The notes: generated by a model from the sequence alone, not told the origin. A stretch of 53,318 nt of DNA from Polymyxa betae A26-41 (GCA_003693705.1 RBZT01000593.1:1-53318), one strand, 5' to 3'. Counted from the first letter of the stretch, positions 11,998 to 25,055 are shown. Numbers and translations are program-made.

Positions 11998-13666
11998 ATG
12001 TTCTCATGGCTGTTCGGAGGATCTCAGAATCCAGAGTCCAATCATTCCGAATCTGATCGCACAGAGCCGGTACCGGTCGACTTCGAGATCCCTGAGCAAG
12101 CCGCAACTGGGCAGCTATTTAAATTTGCAGAAGACTCCCAACAATACATCCCTGTTCTCGAACATGCGATTGTCAACATCCAGGATGATGAAGAAAACGC
12201 CTTTTCTAGTACATTTGTCGTTTTTGACTTCAAAGGCAATATGCAGTTTTCGCAGCCATTAGGTATTACAACTATATCATTATAATGGGCTTATTGACTT
12301 CTGACTAGATCATGGTATGCAAATTAACTTTAGCGCCAAAGAACACTCTATGGTTTGGTTGTTATCCATCGGTGACGAACTCGATGACGAAATAGTCTCG
12401 TTGCGATTTGTTTTCGACGATCCAGCTGTTGAGGACCAGTTCAAATTTAACATCGCGAAGAAACTTTATGAAGTCTCACGTAAGGAAAGTTTTCAGAAGA
12501 CGGTAAAACCGCAAGACCAGGATTGGGTTTTAAGATCGAATGCCCATGTTAATGAGGATGAGGAGCCTGAAGACCCTATGGAGATTTCTTCTTCGGGAGA
12601 AACGGACTCTGAAAGTGACAATGACGCTCCAGTTACACCGATTAAGGGTGCCAAGAAATCCGACGAAAAGAACTCGCATTTAGCTATGGGTATGAACACA
12701 GATCGGCTGTTCGTTGCCAGAGGCCCCAGCATTGGGGTTTTCAAGCATGGTGGTCGTAGTGGTATTAAACATATTACGACCCTGGAAGAAGTCAAAACCC
12801 AGGGAGGGCAGATATTCTCGCCTCAGAAAGTCATGCTACATGACAGAGAAAAGAAGATGCTGTTGCTGCGTTCTGATGAGCAGAATTCAGTTGTGGAACT
12901 TGATTTAGAAACGAATCAGGTTGTTCAGGAGTATCAGGCTGATGATGGTGTTCTCATTCGTGATCTTGGCCCACATTCTCGCTTCTCACAAATGGAAGGA
13001 ACTGACTTGATCACTGGTCTGAATAAGAATTCTGTATTTGCAATGGATCCACGAATTAACTCCAAAAACAAGAAAGTGAAAGGATTCTCGTATGCTGCTA
13101 ACCCTCATCTAACCTGTATTGCTGCCAACGGTAAAGCTCAGTACGTTCTGGGAAGTGAGAAGGGAGAGATTCGAATGTTCTCGGACGTTGGAAAACGCGC
13201 CAAGACTTTATTACCCGGATTAGGTCATGCTGTAACCGGCATTGATACTTCTGAAGATGGCCGATGGATTCTTGCAACTACAGATCGTTACATCCTACTA
13301 ATACCTACCGAACTGGAAAATGGTCGAACTGGTTTCGATGTCTCTATGGGCAAGCAGAAACCCGATCCTATTAAGCTGCAGATGAAAGCTGAAGACATTG
13401 TTAAGTACAAGATCAAAAACATCAAATTTCGGAAGGCGACTTTCGATCTTGGGCCTAATAAGAAAGAAGAGTTCATTGTTTCAGCAGTTGGAAACTTGCT
13501 GTTGACTTGGTCATTGAAAGGCGTGCTTCGAGGACGAACTATGGATTATACGGTGAGGGCATACGACCAGAATGTAGTTACTGATCAATTCCGGTATGGA
13601 TACAAGGACGTTGTTGTTACTCTTCCTGATGAGATCAAACGCGCCCGATTTTCAGCCAAGCAATAA
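11998..13666 (+). CDS. VID27: VID27/CYPRO4-like protein (PH-like + WD40-like C-terminus)
   Basis: FSPQKVMLHDRE, DLETNQVVQEY, GEIRMF...KRAKTLLPGLGHAVTGIDTSEDGRWILAT; one intron near 12262-12308. Confidence 0.9.
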
Positions 13667-13939
13667 ACACCTATGGTTTTCCCTTGCAATTAGATGACAT
13701 CGGCATGGTCTTTTTCGTACACTGTGATTGGTATGTCCTGGGGTCAATACTCCAGATGTTCGAGATACAAAGGACATGGTATTTACATGCAATAAACAAA
13801 TGAGTTTTGTGATAGCGCAGCCTCCATTACAAGTCCGTTCTGCTAAGCTGTTCTGCTTTCGTCTGTTTACATTTCCTTTCTATTGTCGAATACTTCCAAC
13901 CAACATACTACAAAATATAGCACTGTGGTGTACTCCCAC

Positions 13940-15942
13940 ATGTCCTTGAGACCAGCCGACATCTCGGTCTTGGCGAGGACACCTACTGATGCATCCGATG
14001 GTCAGGCGCAATTGGCATTTCAAGACATTCACTTGCGCTTTGACACCAAATAACAGATAATGATGATGAGAAATTCTACGATGCAAACGAGACAATTTTA
14101 AGTGATGCTGAAGATACTTTACCAGTTACAAAAATCAGAAAAGCGTCCATTACAGAAGTCGGTACGAATACAGATGGGTTGTTTCTGGAGCTCGGAATGA
14201 TATCAATTAGGTGACGATGCTAGTGGTAGTACTACTGATAGTCAAGACAGCACTGATGCAAATGCAACCGAGGTTGATGGTGTCGATCCTGTAGCTGTCA
14301 TAGCAGCAGATGTTGCTGACCAGAAAAGGAATCAGGTTGATTTCGTGGTAATTTCAAATTCAGCTGATCGTTCACATTACTGTACTAGGTTGTAAACCTG
14401 GATACGGGCGAGATATTCCGAATAGAAGAGTCTAATATGCCGACCGATACCTTCCAAACTGTTAGGGAGCCTGAACCTCCAGAAGATGTCGACGAGAAGG
14501 AAATTATGAAAAAGAAAATTCGAACCGGTTTCTTCTGGAAAATGCTTCATAGGTAAGGATATATTTCATAGATTTCAGCAAGACTGATTTCTGGGTCAGA
14601 TCTTATCCGTCGGAAGCTGCAGTTAACTGCACAGTAAAGGTTAAAGTCCACAAGAAAAATGAGCAAGATATGTCTTCCCTAAGACTTGTACAAACTTTAC
14701 CAGTTCATAATGGACCTATATGGACAATGAAGTGGACTCCATGTGGGAATTTCCTTGCAAGTGCTGGCCAGGATGCTATCATTCGGATATGGTTTCTGAT
14801 AGGAAGCGATGCCAAACTCGATTCCGATATTAATATTGATATGAAAACCACACCCAGTAATGCTAGCGATCCTTACGCTCATAACATATTTGCCGAACAG
14901 CCCTATCGTGTATTTGCTGGGCATAAAAGCGATATTATCGATTTGGCGTGGTAACACCAGGTTTAATATCAGGTCGCATTTTGTCATTTTAACAATCAGG
15001 TCGAAATCGCTGTTTTTGCTGTCGGCATCCATGGACAAATCTGTTCGGCTTTGGCATGTTTCCCGTCAAGAATGCTTGTCATCGTTTCAGGTACGATTCT
15101 GCAACGTTCTCATCATTCATTATGTTTATGTGATCTCAGCACGCTGACTTTGTGACAAGCGTTGCCTTCCATCCTGCAGAATCCCGAAAATTTCTGTCAG
15201 CTTCATTGTATGCTAGCACTATCAACACTGAGCTGGATTCTGATTACAAAATTTTAGTGATAAGAGATTGCGAATGTGGGACATTTTAGACCATCGTGTT
15301 GTTGATTGGACCCAAACTGCAACAATGATCACTGCAGCAACTTTTAATCATAATGGCAAGATTGCTGCTGCCGGTCTTTACAATGGCCAGGTTGTTTTTT
15401 TCCAGAGCCAAGGTTTGACCTATTTCACCCAAATTGACTGTAAAAACCGCCATGGCAAACACAAGCATGGAAGAAAAGTGACCGGCTTACAGTTTACTAA
15501 TGATGGTAAACAAATTCTGATCAGCACTAATGATTCACGGCTTCGCTTGTATGATATGGATGATTATTCGATGTCGATGAAGTACAAAGGACATGAAAAC
15601 GAGCAGTTGCAGATTAGAGGGCATTTTTCTGAAGACAATCAGTATATTATAAGTGGATCGGATGACTCCAATGTGTTTGTATGGGCTACAAACAAAGATT
15701 ATTCACAAGCTCTCAAAGGTCCCAAAGTTCTTCGTAATCGTAATGATCGCAACGATTCTTACGAGTATTTCAAGTCGCACAGCAGCGTCGTGACTGTAGC
15801 ACTGATAGCTCCAGAAAAAACACGGTTATTTGCTACAAAAGCATGGCCACAAGGTGGTGAGATCAGGCATTTAATTGTAGCAGCTGGATATGATGGCCAT
15901 ATCAAAGTGTATGAAAACAGAGGCTTTACTGTAAGGATATAA
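13940..15942 (+). CDS. WDR44: WD repeat-containing protein 44 (Rab11 effector family)
   Basis: N-terminal acidic FFAT-like DDEKFYDANE; HNGPIWTMKW, GHKSDIIDLAW|SKSLFLLSASMDKSVRLW, HADFVTSVAFHP, RKVTGL, ISTNDSRLRLYD. Confidence 0.88.
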
Positions 15943-16147
15943 ATTATAAGATACATCTATCTGTTGAAAGAAATAATTGGAGCGTTGTGTCAGATACAGA
16001 ATCTGAGGCAACACAGCCTGTTACCCAATAGAATAGTCGTTTTCTGTGAACATGCTCTAAGATCACAAGTGAGTAATGGGAATATGGAATCAATCAGTAG
16101 CAAACACTTATCGGCTCAGATTCCTCTTGCAGCTCCGTTTTGTCGGC

Positions 16148-16505
16148 CTAGACTTGTTGCTTCGGCGTAGGGTTGGCAATAACTTGACGGTTCAAAGCAG
16201 AAATGTGGTCTTGAAGCAATGCCAATGCGGCCCTCAGCTGATCCATTTCCTCTTGCGTCGATTTTAAATCTGCATTTTTTTCTTCTCAATTATGATTTCC
16301 TGCTTTGGGATTTCGACCTCAATTTGCCTGCCTGAGCCGAATGTGGATCGGCTCCAGTTTGTCGGTTCTGAGCAGCAATCTGGTCTTAAAGCTTTGCCAA
16401 AGTACCCATTAGCCTCATTTATTTCTTACAAATGAATTTTGTGATTGGTTCCCTAATATTGCTCATCCGTCTGTTGCAATCGGCTCTGTATAGCCGAACC
16501 CCTAT
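16148..16505 (-). pseudogene. Probable orphaned 3' exons of the coiled-coil gene
   Basis: Minus-strand translation gives DRGSAIQSRLQQTDEQY* and ...ADLKSTQEEMDQLRAALALLQDHISALNRQVIANPTPKQQV*, coiled-coil-like, downstream of the frameshift and an unrelated insertion. Confidence 0.4.
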
Positions 16506-16513
16506 CTACAAAC

Positions 16514-16729
16514 TGTGACAACTTTCCAGTTGACGTCGGACGACGACACGAACCGCCGACAACGGCACTTCGGACAACGAAAGAGACGAGAGGAAAAACC
16601 CAGAAAAAGAATTAACGGTATTACTTCGTGAAGGCCGAGGCCACCAGAGAATGTCGTCAAGCAGAAACGTTTTTGAAAAAAAGATACGTATGGTACTGAG
16701 AGTATTAAGTACCTGCAAAATACCTAACA
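16514..16729. mobile_element. Candidate solo LTR / small insertion
   Basis: 216-bp non-coding segment starting TGTGAC and ending CCTAACA, between coiled-coil exons; the flanks share only aac, so there is no clean TSD. Confidence 0.3.
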
Positions 16730-16759
16730 AACAAACGCAGTTTTATTGTAAAATGTGCG

Positions 16760-19600
16760 TGGCAAAAGCTCATCTGTTCGATTGTTTTTTACCGCCATAT
16801 TTAGTGTGCGTTGCAAAACGTCAATCTTTGATTGATTGGGATTGTTCCAGTTGCTCTTTCATTTGATTTTGTAAGAACTTCTCGTGGTTTTTAATCACTT
16901 CAAGTTCCAAGGTGACCTTCTCCAGCTCGGCCTTGCATTTGTTAGCAGTGGATGATTCGTTTGCTGCCTGTTCACGATACTGATCGGTTTCCTTCTGTAG
17001 GTCATTGAAGCTCGATTGCAGCCGTTCACATTTGGATCTTTCATTTTGCAATTGTGTCTGAATCTGTTCAAAGCTTTGCATAAGCTCTTGCCGACATTGA
17101 CTTTCTTGTTTTAGTGCAGCAGCTACTGCCTCACGGTCAGCAATCGCCACTTGCAGCTAAACAATAGTTAGAGCAATTTCGTTGCGGTAATGCTTCTAAA
17201 AGTTACCTGTTGCGACTCGGCTTGGTTGTTTGCAGATAGAGCGGAATTCGCTGCTCGATTTCCTTCTCCCGCCACATTTAGTGAGCGTTGCAACTCGTCA
17301 GTCTTTGATTGGGATTGTTCCAGTTGCTCTTTCATTTGATTTTGTAAAACCGTCTCGTGGTTTCGAATAACCTCAAGCTCCACGGTGACCTTTTCCAACT
17401 CGGCCTTGCATTTGCTTGCCATGGATGATTCATTAGCAGCCTGTTCACGATACTGATCGGTTTCCTTCTGTAGATCATTCAAGCTCGATTGCAGAAGTTC
17501 ACATTTGGATCTTTCATTCTGAAATTGTTTCTGAAGTTGTTCAAAGCTTTGCATAAGCTCTTGTCGAGATTGACTTTCTTGCTTCAGTGCAGCAGCTACT
17601 ACCTCACGGTCAGCAATCACCACTTGCAGCTATGCAATAGTTAGTGCAATTTCGTTGCTGGAATGCTACTAAAAGTCACCTGTTGAGACTCGGCTTGATT
17701 GTTTGCAGACAGAGCTGAATTCGCTGTTCGATTGTCTTCTACTGCCACATTTAGTGATCGTTGCAACTCGTCAATCTTTGATTGGGATTGCTCCAGTTGC
17801 TCTTTCATTTGATTTTGTAAAATCGTCTCGTGATTACGAATTTCTTCAAGTTCCAAGGTAACCTTTTCCAGATCCGCTTTGCATTTGCTTGCCCTGGATG
17901 ATTCATTTGCTGCCTGTTCACGATACTGATCGGTTTCCTTCTGTAGCTCATTGAAGCTCGACTGCAGGAGATCACATTTGGACTTTTCATTCTGAAATTG
18001 TATCTGAAGTTGTTCAAAGCTTTGCATAAGCTCTTGTCGAGATTGACATTCTTGCGTTAGTGCAGCAGCTACTGCCTCATGGTCAGCAAGCGCCACTTGT
18101 AGCTAAGCAATAGTTAGTGCAATTTTGTTGCCGGAATGCTTCTAAAAGTCACCTGTTGAGACTCGGATTGGTTGTTTGCAGATTGAGCAGAATTCGCCGT
18201 TCGATTGTCTTCTGCAGCCTTGTTTAATGAGCTTTGCAACTCATCTATCTTTGATTGGGATAGTTCCAGTTGCTCTTTCATCTGATTTTGTAAGAACGTC
18301 TGGTGGTTTCGAAGACCTTCAAGTTCCAAGGTTGCCTTTTCCAGCTCCGCTTTGCATTTGCTTGCCATGGATATTTCATTAGCAGCCTGTTCACGATACT
18401 GATCGGTTTCCTTCTGTAGATCATTCAAGCTCGATTGCAGAAGTTCACATCTGGATCTTTCATTCTGAAATTGTATCTGAGTTTGTTCGAGGCTTTGCAT
18501 AAGCTCTTGTTGAGATTGTCTGTCTTGCGTCAGTGCAGCAGCTACAGCCTCACGGTCAGCAAGCAGCTAAGCAATAGTTAGTGCAACTTCGTTGACAGAA
18601 CTCTTCTAAAAGTCACCTGTTGCGACTCGGATTGGTTGTTTGCAGATTGAGCAGAATTCGCTGCTCGATTGTCTTCTACAGCCTTGTTTAGTGAGCTTTG
18701 CAACTCATCAATCTTTGATTGGGATTGTTCCATTTGCTCTCTCATCTGATTTTGTAAGAGCGTCTCGCGGTTTCGAATACCTTCAAGTTCCACGGTGACC
18801 TTTTCCAACTCGGCCTTGCATTTGCTTGCCATGGATGATTCATTAGCAGCCTGTTCACGATACTGATCGGTTTCCTTCTGTAGCTCATTGAAGCTTGACT
18901 GCAGAAGTTCACAGTTGGATTTTTCATTCTGAAATTGTATCTGAAGTTGTTCAAAGCTTTGCATAAGCTCTTGTCGAGATTGACTTTCTTGTTTGAGGGC
19001 AGCTGCTACTGCCTCACGGTCAGCAATCGCCACTTGCAGCTAAGCAATTGTTAGTGAATTTTGTTGCCGGAATGCTTCTAAAAGTTACCTGTTGAGACTT
19101 GGATTCGTTGTTTGCAAATAGAGCGGAATTCGCTGTTCGATTGTCTTCTAAAGCCATATGCAGTGAGCTTTGCAACTCGTCAATCTTTGATTGGGATTGT
19201 TCCAGTTGCTCTTTCATCTGATTTTGTGAGAACGTCTCGTGGTTTCGAGTCTCTTCAAGTTCCAAGGTAACCTTCTCCAGCTCGGCCTTGCATTTGCTTG
19301 CTATGGATGATTGATTAGCAGCCTGTTCACGATGCTGATCGGTTTCCTTCTGTAGTTCATTCAAGCTCGACTGCAGAAGTTCACAGTTGGATCTTTCATT
19401 CTGAAACTGTATCTGAATTCGTTCAAAGCTTTGCATAAGCTCTTGTCGAGATTGACTTTCTTGCTTTAGTGCTTCAGCTACTGCCTCACGGTCAGCAAGC
19501 GCCACTTGCAGCTAAGCAATAGTTAATGCAATTTCGTTGCCGGAACGCTTCCAAAATAACCTGTAGAAACTCGGATTGGTTGTTTGCAGATAGAGCGGAA
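16760..19600 (-). repeat. Tandem array of ~473-bp units, each one ~423-nt exon plus one 49-50-nt intron (5 full + 1 partial)
   Basis: Introns at 17157-17206, 17630-17679, 18103-18152, 18567-18616, 19040-19088, 19512-19560; intervening exons are 423, 423, 414, 423, 423 nt, all phase 0. Confidence 0.93.
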
Positions 19601-20909
19601 TTCTTGTTGGTAAGTTCGGCTACTGATTCTGATAGTTCCACATTCGCTTTCCTTTCAGCTACTAGCTTGGACGTCAAAGAATCCAGTTGGCGTTGTTGCG
19701 TTTCACAGCGATCTTGTAATGAAGTAACATCGCACTGATCACTCAGCTCAACCACCAAAAACTGGAAACATTTGAATGAGTACCTGTTTCGTATCTAGCA
19801 TAGCTTGCATTTCGTCAATTTTCTTGCTGGCTTCGGAGTGTTGATTAGCAACCCTTTCTTTATCTTTTACGAGCTGATCAATTTGGTTCTGCAAGTTAGC
19901 CCTTTCGATTGCTCCGTCTTCTAGTGATATTGTCAACGAAACAATGTTCCGTCGAAGTTCAGTAATGGTTTGATCCTGACTATCAAAATTATTAGCAATG
20001 CAGAAATATGACATGGCAGCTACCTTTTGATCTGATCCGTTAAAAGACTGTGGTCTTGTTCCATTTGGGTCTGGATTATACCGGTTCTCTGTTCTAGCCT
20101 TTTTTGAAGATCTTGTTCAATAACTTTTTCATTGTTAGATACTTTCAGAGCTAAAGCTCGTAAGCGCCTGGCTTCCACGTAATAAGCTTTATTCTGAATC
20201 CGAAGCTCCCGAACGGCACTGAATTTCAACGACGCTGAGATCTTTGGTACAGTCAATTTGTCACCGCCATTTTTGTCGATAATGCTTACGGTTTCGAGTT
20301 TGTTATCCAGAGCAGCTTTGTCAGCTTCCACGGACTGGACCTTGACCTGTAATCCATTGACCTTACATTTCTCTTGCCGTAATGCCTCCAAAATCTCTAT
20401 TCTGTCGAAATTCCCGGAGCTGTTGTCAATCGAGGATTTCAGTAGCTGGTCGATCTGACGACCTTGCTTTTGTATCTAATGTTATCGATCGATGAGACAA
20501 ATGACGAGAATGGGAACAGGAAAGTAACCTCTTTCTCCAGTCGCACATTCTGTGCTTGTAGTAACGTTTTCTGTTTCTGAGCTTGAGACAGCTTCTTCTT
20601 AGCTAATGACAACTCCTCTTGGAATGCAGTTATATCTATGGCCTGGTTATGACTGGAAGGTGTCACCAAAGGCTTCTCATTCATCACATCTATTGGCATA
20701 CGCCCAGAGAGCATGTCTTCGACATTTCTGATTAGTTTCCGTCGCGATCGTTTAGCAGCTTTGGAAGGCGGCTTCGCCTTTACTGGCTGAGCAATGGCTG
20801 GAGGAAAATCGCCTTTGCTATTGTTTGGTAACCGTGGCTCTTGTTCATTACTGTTTTCGAGGAATGCCCTTTTGACGCTGGAATTGGACGAAGCCGATTT
20901 GGGCATCAC
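16821..20909 (-). CDS. Long coiled-coil protein containing six tandem ~141-aa exon repeats; 3' end apparently truncated by a frameshift
   Basis: Heptad-rich spliced ORFs 19492-20909 lead into repeated exons (ADREAVAAALKQESQSRQELMQSFEQ...NNQSESQQ); the last copy ends at an early TGA (16821-16823). Confidence 0.75.
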
Positions 20910-21551
20910 CGATTATCGAAAATCCAAGTTACGATTGATCGAAATCTAGTATAAGTAGGCGATCGTTCAGCACATGGAGATATTAGAATATCCCCAGTGT
21001 TCAATGAATTTGAAATTCAATCAACGAACTTTATTAGCGACATTCTAAATTGCCTTTGTCAAACTCATGACAGTTGCCTTGGGCGTGGTCACACCATTCG
21101 GCATCTTAAAACCATCGATAGTCGGAGCGTGATCCTCACTATATGCTCTAATATGGAATGTGCCAGTATAAAGCGACTCAATTAAGTTATTATTGGTGGC
21201 AACTAAAGACTGGCAATTTTAAACCTATCGAAAAACGCTTATGAATCGATATTAAGCCTTAAAACTGTAAAGAGATCAATGACCAATCGAAATTGTAACA
21301 GCTTGCTAGCATCGTGTCGGACGAAAATCTCTGTCCATCTCTCGGGACTCGCCCCAGAACATGAATTAGGTGACCCCAACAAAACATACTATATTCATAC
21401 ACATTTAAAATGCAAGTATCGCCAGTGATATATTTTCAACAGACATTGCAATAGATTATAGAGATTCTTGAATTTGTAGCTCTTAATTACCGAAGATCGG
21501 ACTCAGGACTGCGTTTGCCGGACCATCATCCAGTTGTTGTGCCCACCCAGG

Positions 21552-22269
21552 ATGTCGTCCATCATGAGATATACTCGTCGATATCTTTCTAATGGACAGT
21601 TAGCGAAAACTCAGGCTAGGCAGCAGGCCATACAAACTGTCAAACAAGGTTGGCTGTGTAACCACATCGTCCAGCATCGTCTCAATTCTATACCAGCTGC
21701 CGAAACATCGTTCAATTTCGTCTATGTAGGAGGCAGTATTGTCTTAACTGGTGCTGTTCTTTATTCCATTACTAATGTTCTGTTTTCGCCCTCGAGTCCA
21801 TATAAAGTTCGTGATAAATCTTTTGATCAAATCCGCTCGAATGAAGAGGTCCGTTTCTGTGGATGTCTTCGATATGCATTGGTAATGGCTAATTTTAGGC
21901 TATTCGTGTGTTTGGACAACCCATGAAAGCGTTTGGTGAGGGAGCCAGACGTCGTGGTCAGTTAATTAGTTCTGAGGAGGTTGTGAATGGAGAGAAACAT
22001 GTTAAAGTACGACCATCTTATGTTTTGATATTTTTCTGAATGTTGCCTGCCAGATTCAATATCATGTCAGTGGACCGAATGCTCAAGGGGATGTTTTTGC
22101 CGAAGCCAAACCTAAAGGCTGGTTTGGTGGCCTTGATTTTAATTACATCGTTGTAAATTGCCCTCGTCGTTGGTTCTTGAACTATTGATGCCGGCTTTGT
22201 ATTGATTTGTTATATTCAGGTAAGCCAATATATATCGTAGACCAGCGCAATGAAGATAACAGACAATAA
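21552..22269 (+). CDS. TIM21: Mitochondrial import inner membrane translocase subunit Tim21
   Basis: Basic presequence, single TM, LFSPSSPYKV..SFDQIR, FGQPMKAFGE..RRR, KHVKIQYHVSGP, FNYIVV...IYIVDQR across four introns. Confidence 0.87.
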
Positions 22270-22708
22270 ACTAAACTGTCTCAAGAGAACTAAACAACAC
22301 AGCTAGCATAATTTTGCTAGCAAATTGATAAGTAAAAGTATAATTTTCTCCATGACGGCTGTAGATGGTCAGTAGATCTGCTAACCTTTTGGGATTCTCA
22401 CTTTCTTCTGTTCTACACCCGTTCTATCGGCCGGTACACCCGGAAGATACAGTTCTACGGTATACTAATAGTAACAAACTCGCAGCATTTTTGGGTTTTA
22501 ATTTGACTATAGGACCAGGCTGACGGATAATTACGAGTGAACGTAATTCCATATTTACTGAATGAAGAAGGAGAGCCAACTTTCTATGTCAATTGGATTC
22601 ACTACCGTAGGAGTTATTAATAAAATGCGCACTTGATAAAAAATTTATAATCGTTTACAATCAATTCCAGCTTATTGAAGGTTTCGAATCCGTTCAAAAG
22701 TTTGCTGC

Positions 22709-24446
22709 ATGGCCCAATCGTGGTTCTACGTCGATGATAGTGGCATCGTTCAGGGGCCATTTGCTTTTTCCCAGATGGCAGATTGGTATGCGTTAGGCTG
22801 GTTGAGGAAGGATCTCCTGGTCAGACGTGAATCGAAAGTTGTATTCAAACCGTTACATACAATTCGACCCGTTCCTGAATTCACAAAAGTCGAAGCGGTT
22901 GCATTCGATAAAACCAGGAATGCAGAGAAAGCACAACCCAAACAACCATTGTGGTATTATATTGATGCTGAAGGTGCTTCTGGTTTTTGTCTTGATGGCC
23001 TTTCTGCGATCTGAGATTATATAGGGAATGAACAAGGCCCATTTGATCTATCAATGATGGGTGCTTGGTACCAGGCTCACTATTTTACAGATGATGTTAT
23101 GGTCCGTCCACATCACGAAAAGGTAAGAAACTGCATCCTCGCCGATGTTCTTGATAGAACCATAAACGAATGGTTTAGGGATTTGCTCAGCTTAGAGAGT
23201 ATAAGAAATTATTTACCGAAGCCGCTGAATCTTCTGGAATTACAGAGGAGCACGACGGTGAGAAACCGAATCATGAATTTGATGTCGAGGATCAGCTCGA
23301 AGCGCTCGATCCGAAAGATGATAAAGTTCGAAGAGAATTCTTGGAATTGTTTGTTTTCTGACAGTGAGTGATCAGGACGTGACGATGTGGTATTACATCG
23401 ACGATAATACAGATGTTCAAGGACCCTTTCCTGCTGATCAGATGATTATTTGGGCTAAGCTCGGTTATCTTCATAAGAAAGTTAAAGTATGCCGATCTTC
23501 ATTCTAATGCTTCTTCAACTCCTTAATTGTGCCTGTTATAGGTTAAGATGAGTGGAGATAGCCATTTCAAACGAATCGGAGACGACTTTATGACAACATT
23601 CAGCAGAAAACCTGAACCTGAAGAGCTTGAATCGACCTTAGACGAAACACAAGAAAAGGAACAAGCTGTCGAGGAAGATGATTCACAATTCTTTTGGTTT
23701 TATCTTGATGACTCTGGTAAAGAACAAGGCCCATTTTCTTCCAAGCAAATGACAGCCTGGTATGATAACAATTTAATCAGTCCAGGTATGAATGTTTGCT
23801 GAATCTGTCGCTGCCGTGTCATTAATTTCTCAAAGCTGTCCATATTCGAAGCAGTAAGGGAGAGTCATTCTGTCTCTTTGCAAATCGTGTACCGTGTCCT
23901 GGCTGGGCAAGACATCGTCGTCCTGCTCCAATTGAATGGGATCTTCAGACTCCAGTACATCCTTTAGATTCGTGGTTCTATGTTGATACTGCTGGCCAAG
24001 AACAAGGTCTGCTAATCGTTCGATTATCATGCCTTGTGACTAATCTCGGTGCAGGGCCTTTCTCTACGGCTCGAATGAGATCATGGCTGAAGCAAGGTTT
24101 GTTGCCAAAGGACTTACGGATTCGCCATTGCACCACTCCCGAATTTACCTCAATCGACGCTATCCCTGAGCTATCTGCGCCTGATCAAGATACAGTTGAA
24201 ATTCAACGGGCAGGTTTTATATCGAGAGGGAAAAGATTTAGAGTCCAGGAGAATGAAAGGTTTGATAGTTGGTTTGATATGTTGCATTCTGCTTGACATG
24301 GCAATAGTTATTGGGAGTCAAAAGGTGTTCCTGAAGATTCTGCTGGACGTCAAATGGCACATTATTTCGATGTGGATGCATGGCAAGAAGAAAGGAATCA
24401 GGAGCTTGCTAAACAAGCTAGAAGGAAGTCGAAGAGAAAGAAATAA
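22709..24446 (+). CDS. Protein with five GYF domains and a basic C-terminal tail
   Basis: Five W[FY]YxDxxGxxQGPF....M..W motifs (~22721, ~22951, ~23386, ~23695, ~23973); C-terminus GNSYWESKGVPEDSAGRQMAHYFDVDAWQEE...KSKRKK*. Confidence 0.85.
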
Positions 24447-24590
24447 TATAAATATGAAGTTTGATCCAACCAGTCCGAAAAAAATTTAAACTCATTATTG
24501 CGCAGCGGATTGCGCAAACATCAATTCTTATCAGTTTTTCGAATTCGTAATTATCTGTTGAAGTTTGACAAAATTGAACCTGACTGTTAC

Positions 24591-25055
24591 ATGGTGGAGC
24601 ATACTCAATCAACGCTCTTTAAATCTAAGATAGATCAACATGTACAAGAAAAATCATTGAAAATTCACAACAAAAGAAAGTCCAAATCTAAAGCAGATAT
24701 TCAAAAAGTGGAACAGAAATCCGACAATGATTCTACTAAAGTTGAGCATCATCCAGCATTAGATTATCTTTCATTATGGAATGCGGATCGCTCTGCCTGG
24801 AAATTCTCTAAAGCTAAGCAAATATGGCTTTTGAAACACATGCTTGATAGGTACAAATTGCCCAAATCTTCATTTAAGATAATGCTGTCTTATGTGTCTG
24901 GGCTGAGCGGATCTGCTAAATCTATCACTATTGAACGATTGAAAAGAGTGCTTGATGAGACGGTAAACGACGAGCACCAGAAGAAAGCTTTAAAAAGACG
25001 TCAAAAACGAGCGAAATGTCTACTGGAAATTCTGGAACAAGAGTCCAGTAAATAG
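24591..25055 (+). CDS. WKF-domain (DUF2373 / C7orf50-like) protein
   Basis: ALDYLSLWNADRSAWKFSKAKQIWLLKH...FKIMLSYVSGLSGSAK, lysine-rich; first ATG at 24591. Confidence 0.85.
   Translation: MVEHTQSTLFKSKIDQHVQEKSLKIHNKRKSKSKADIQKVEQKSDNDSTKVEHHPALDYLSLWNADRSAWKFSKAKQIWLLKHMLDRYKLPKSSFKIMLSYVSGLSGSAKSITIERLKRVLDETVNDEHQKKALKRRQKRAKCLLEILEQESSK

Noticed and set aside
21040-21400. Possible small spliced gene on the minus strand
   Set aside because: Could not assemble a consistent ATG-to-stop model with recognisable homology.
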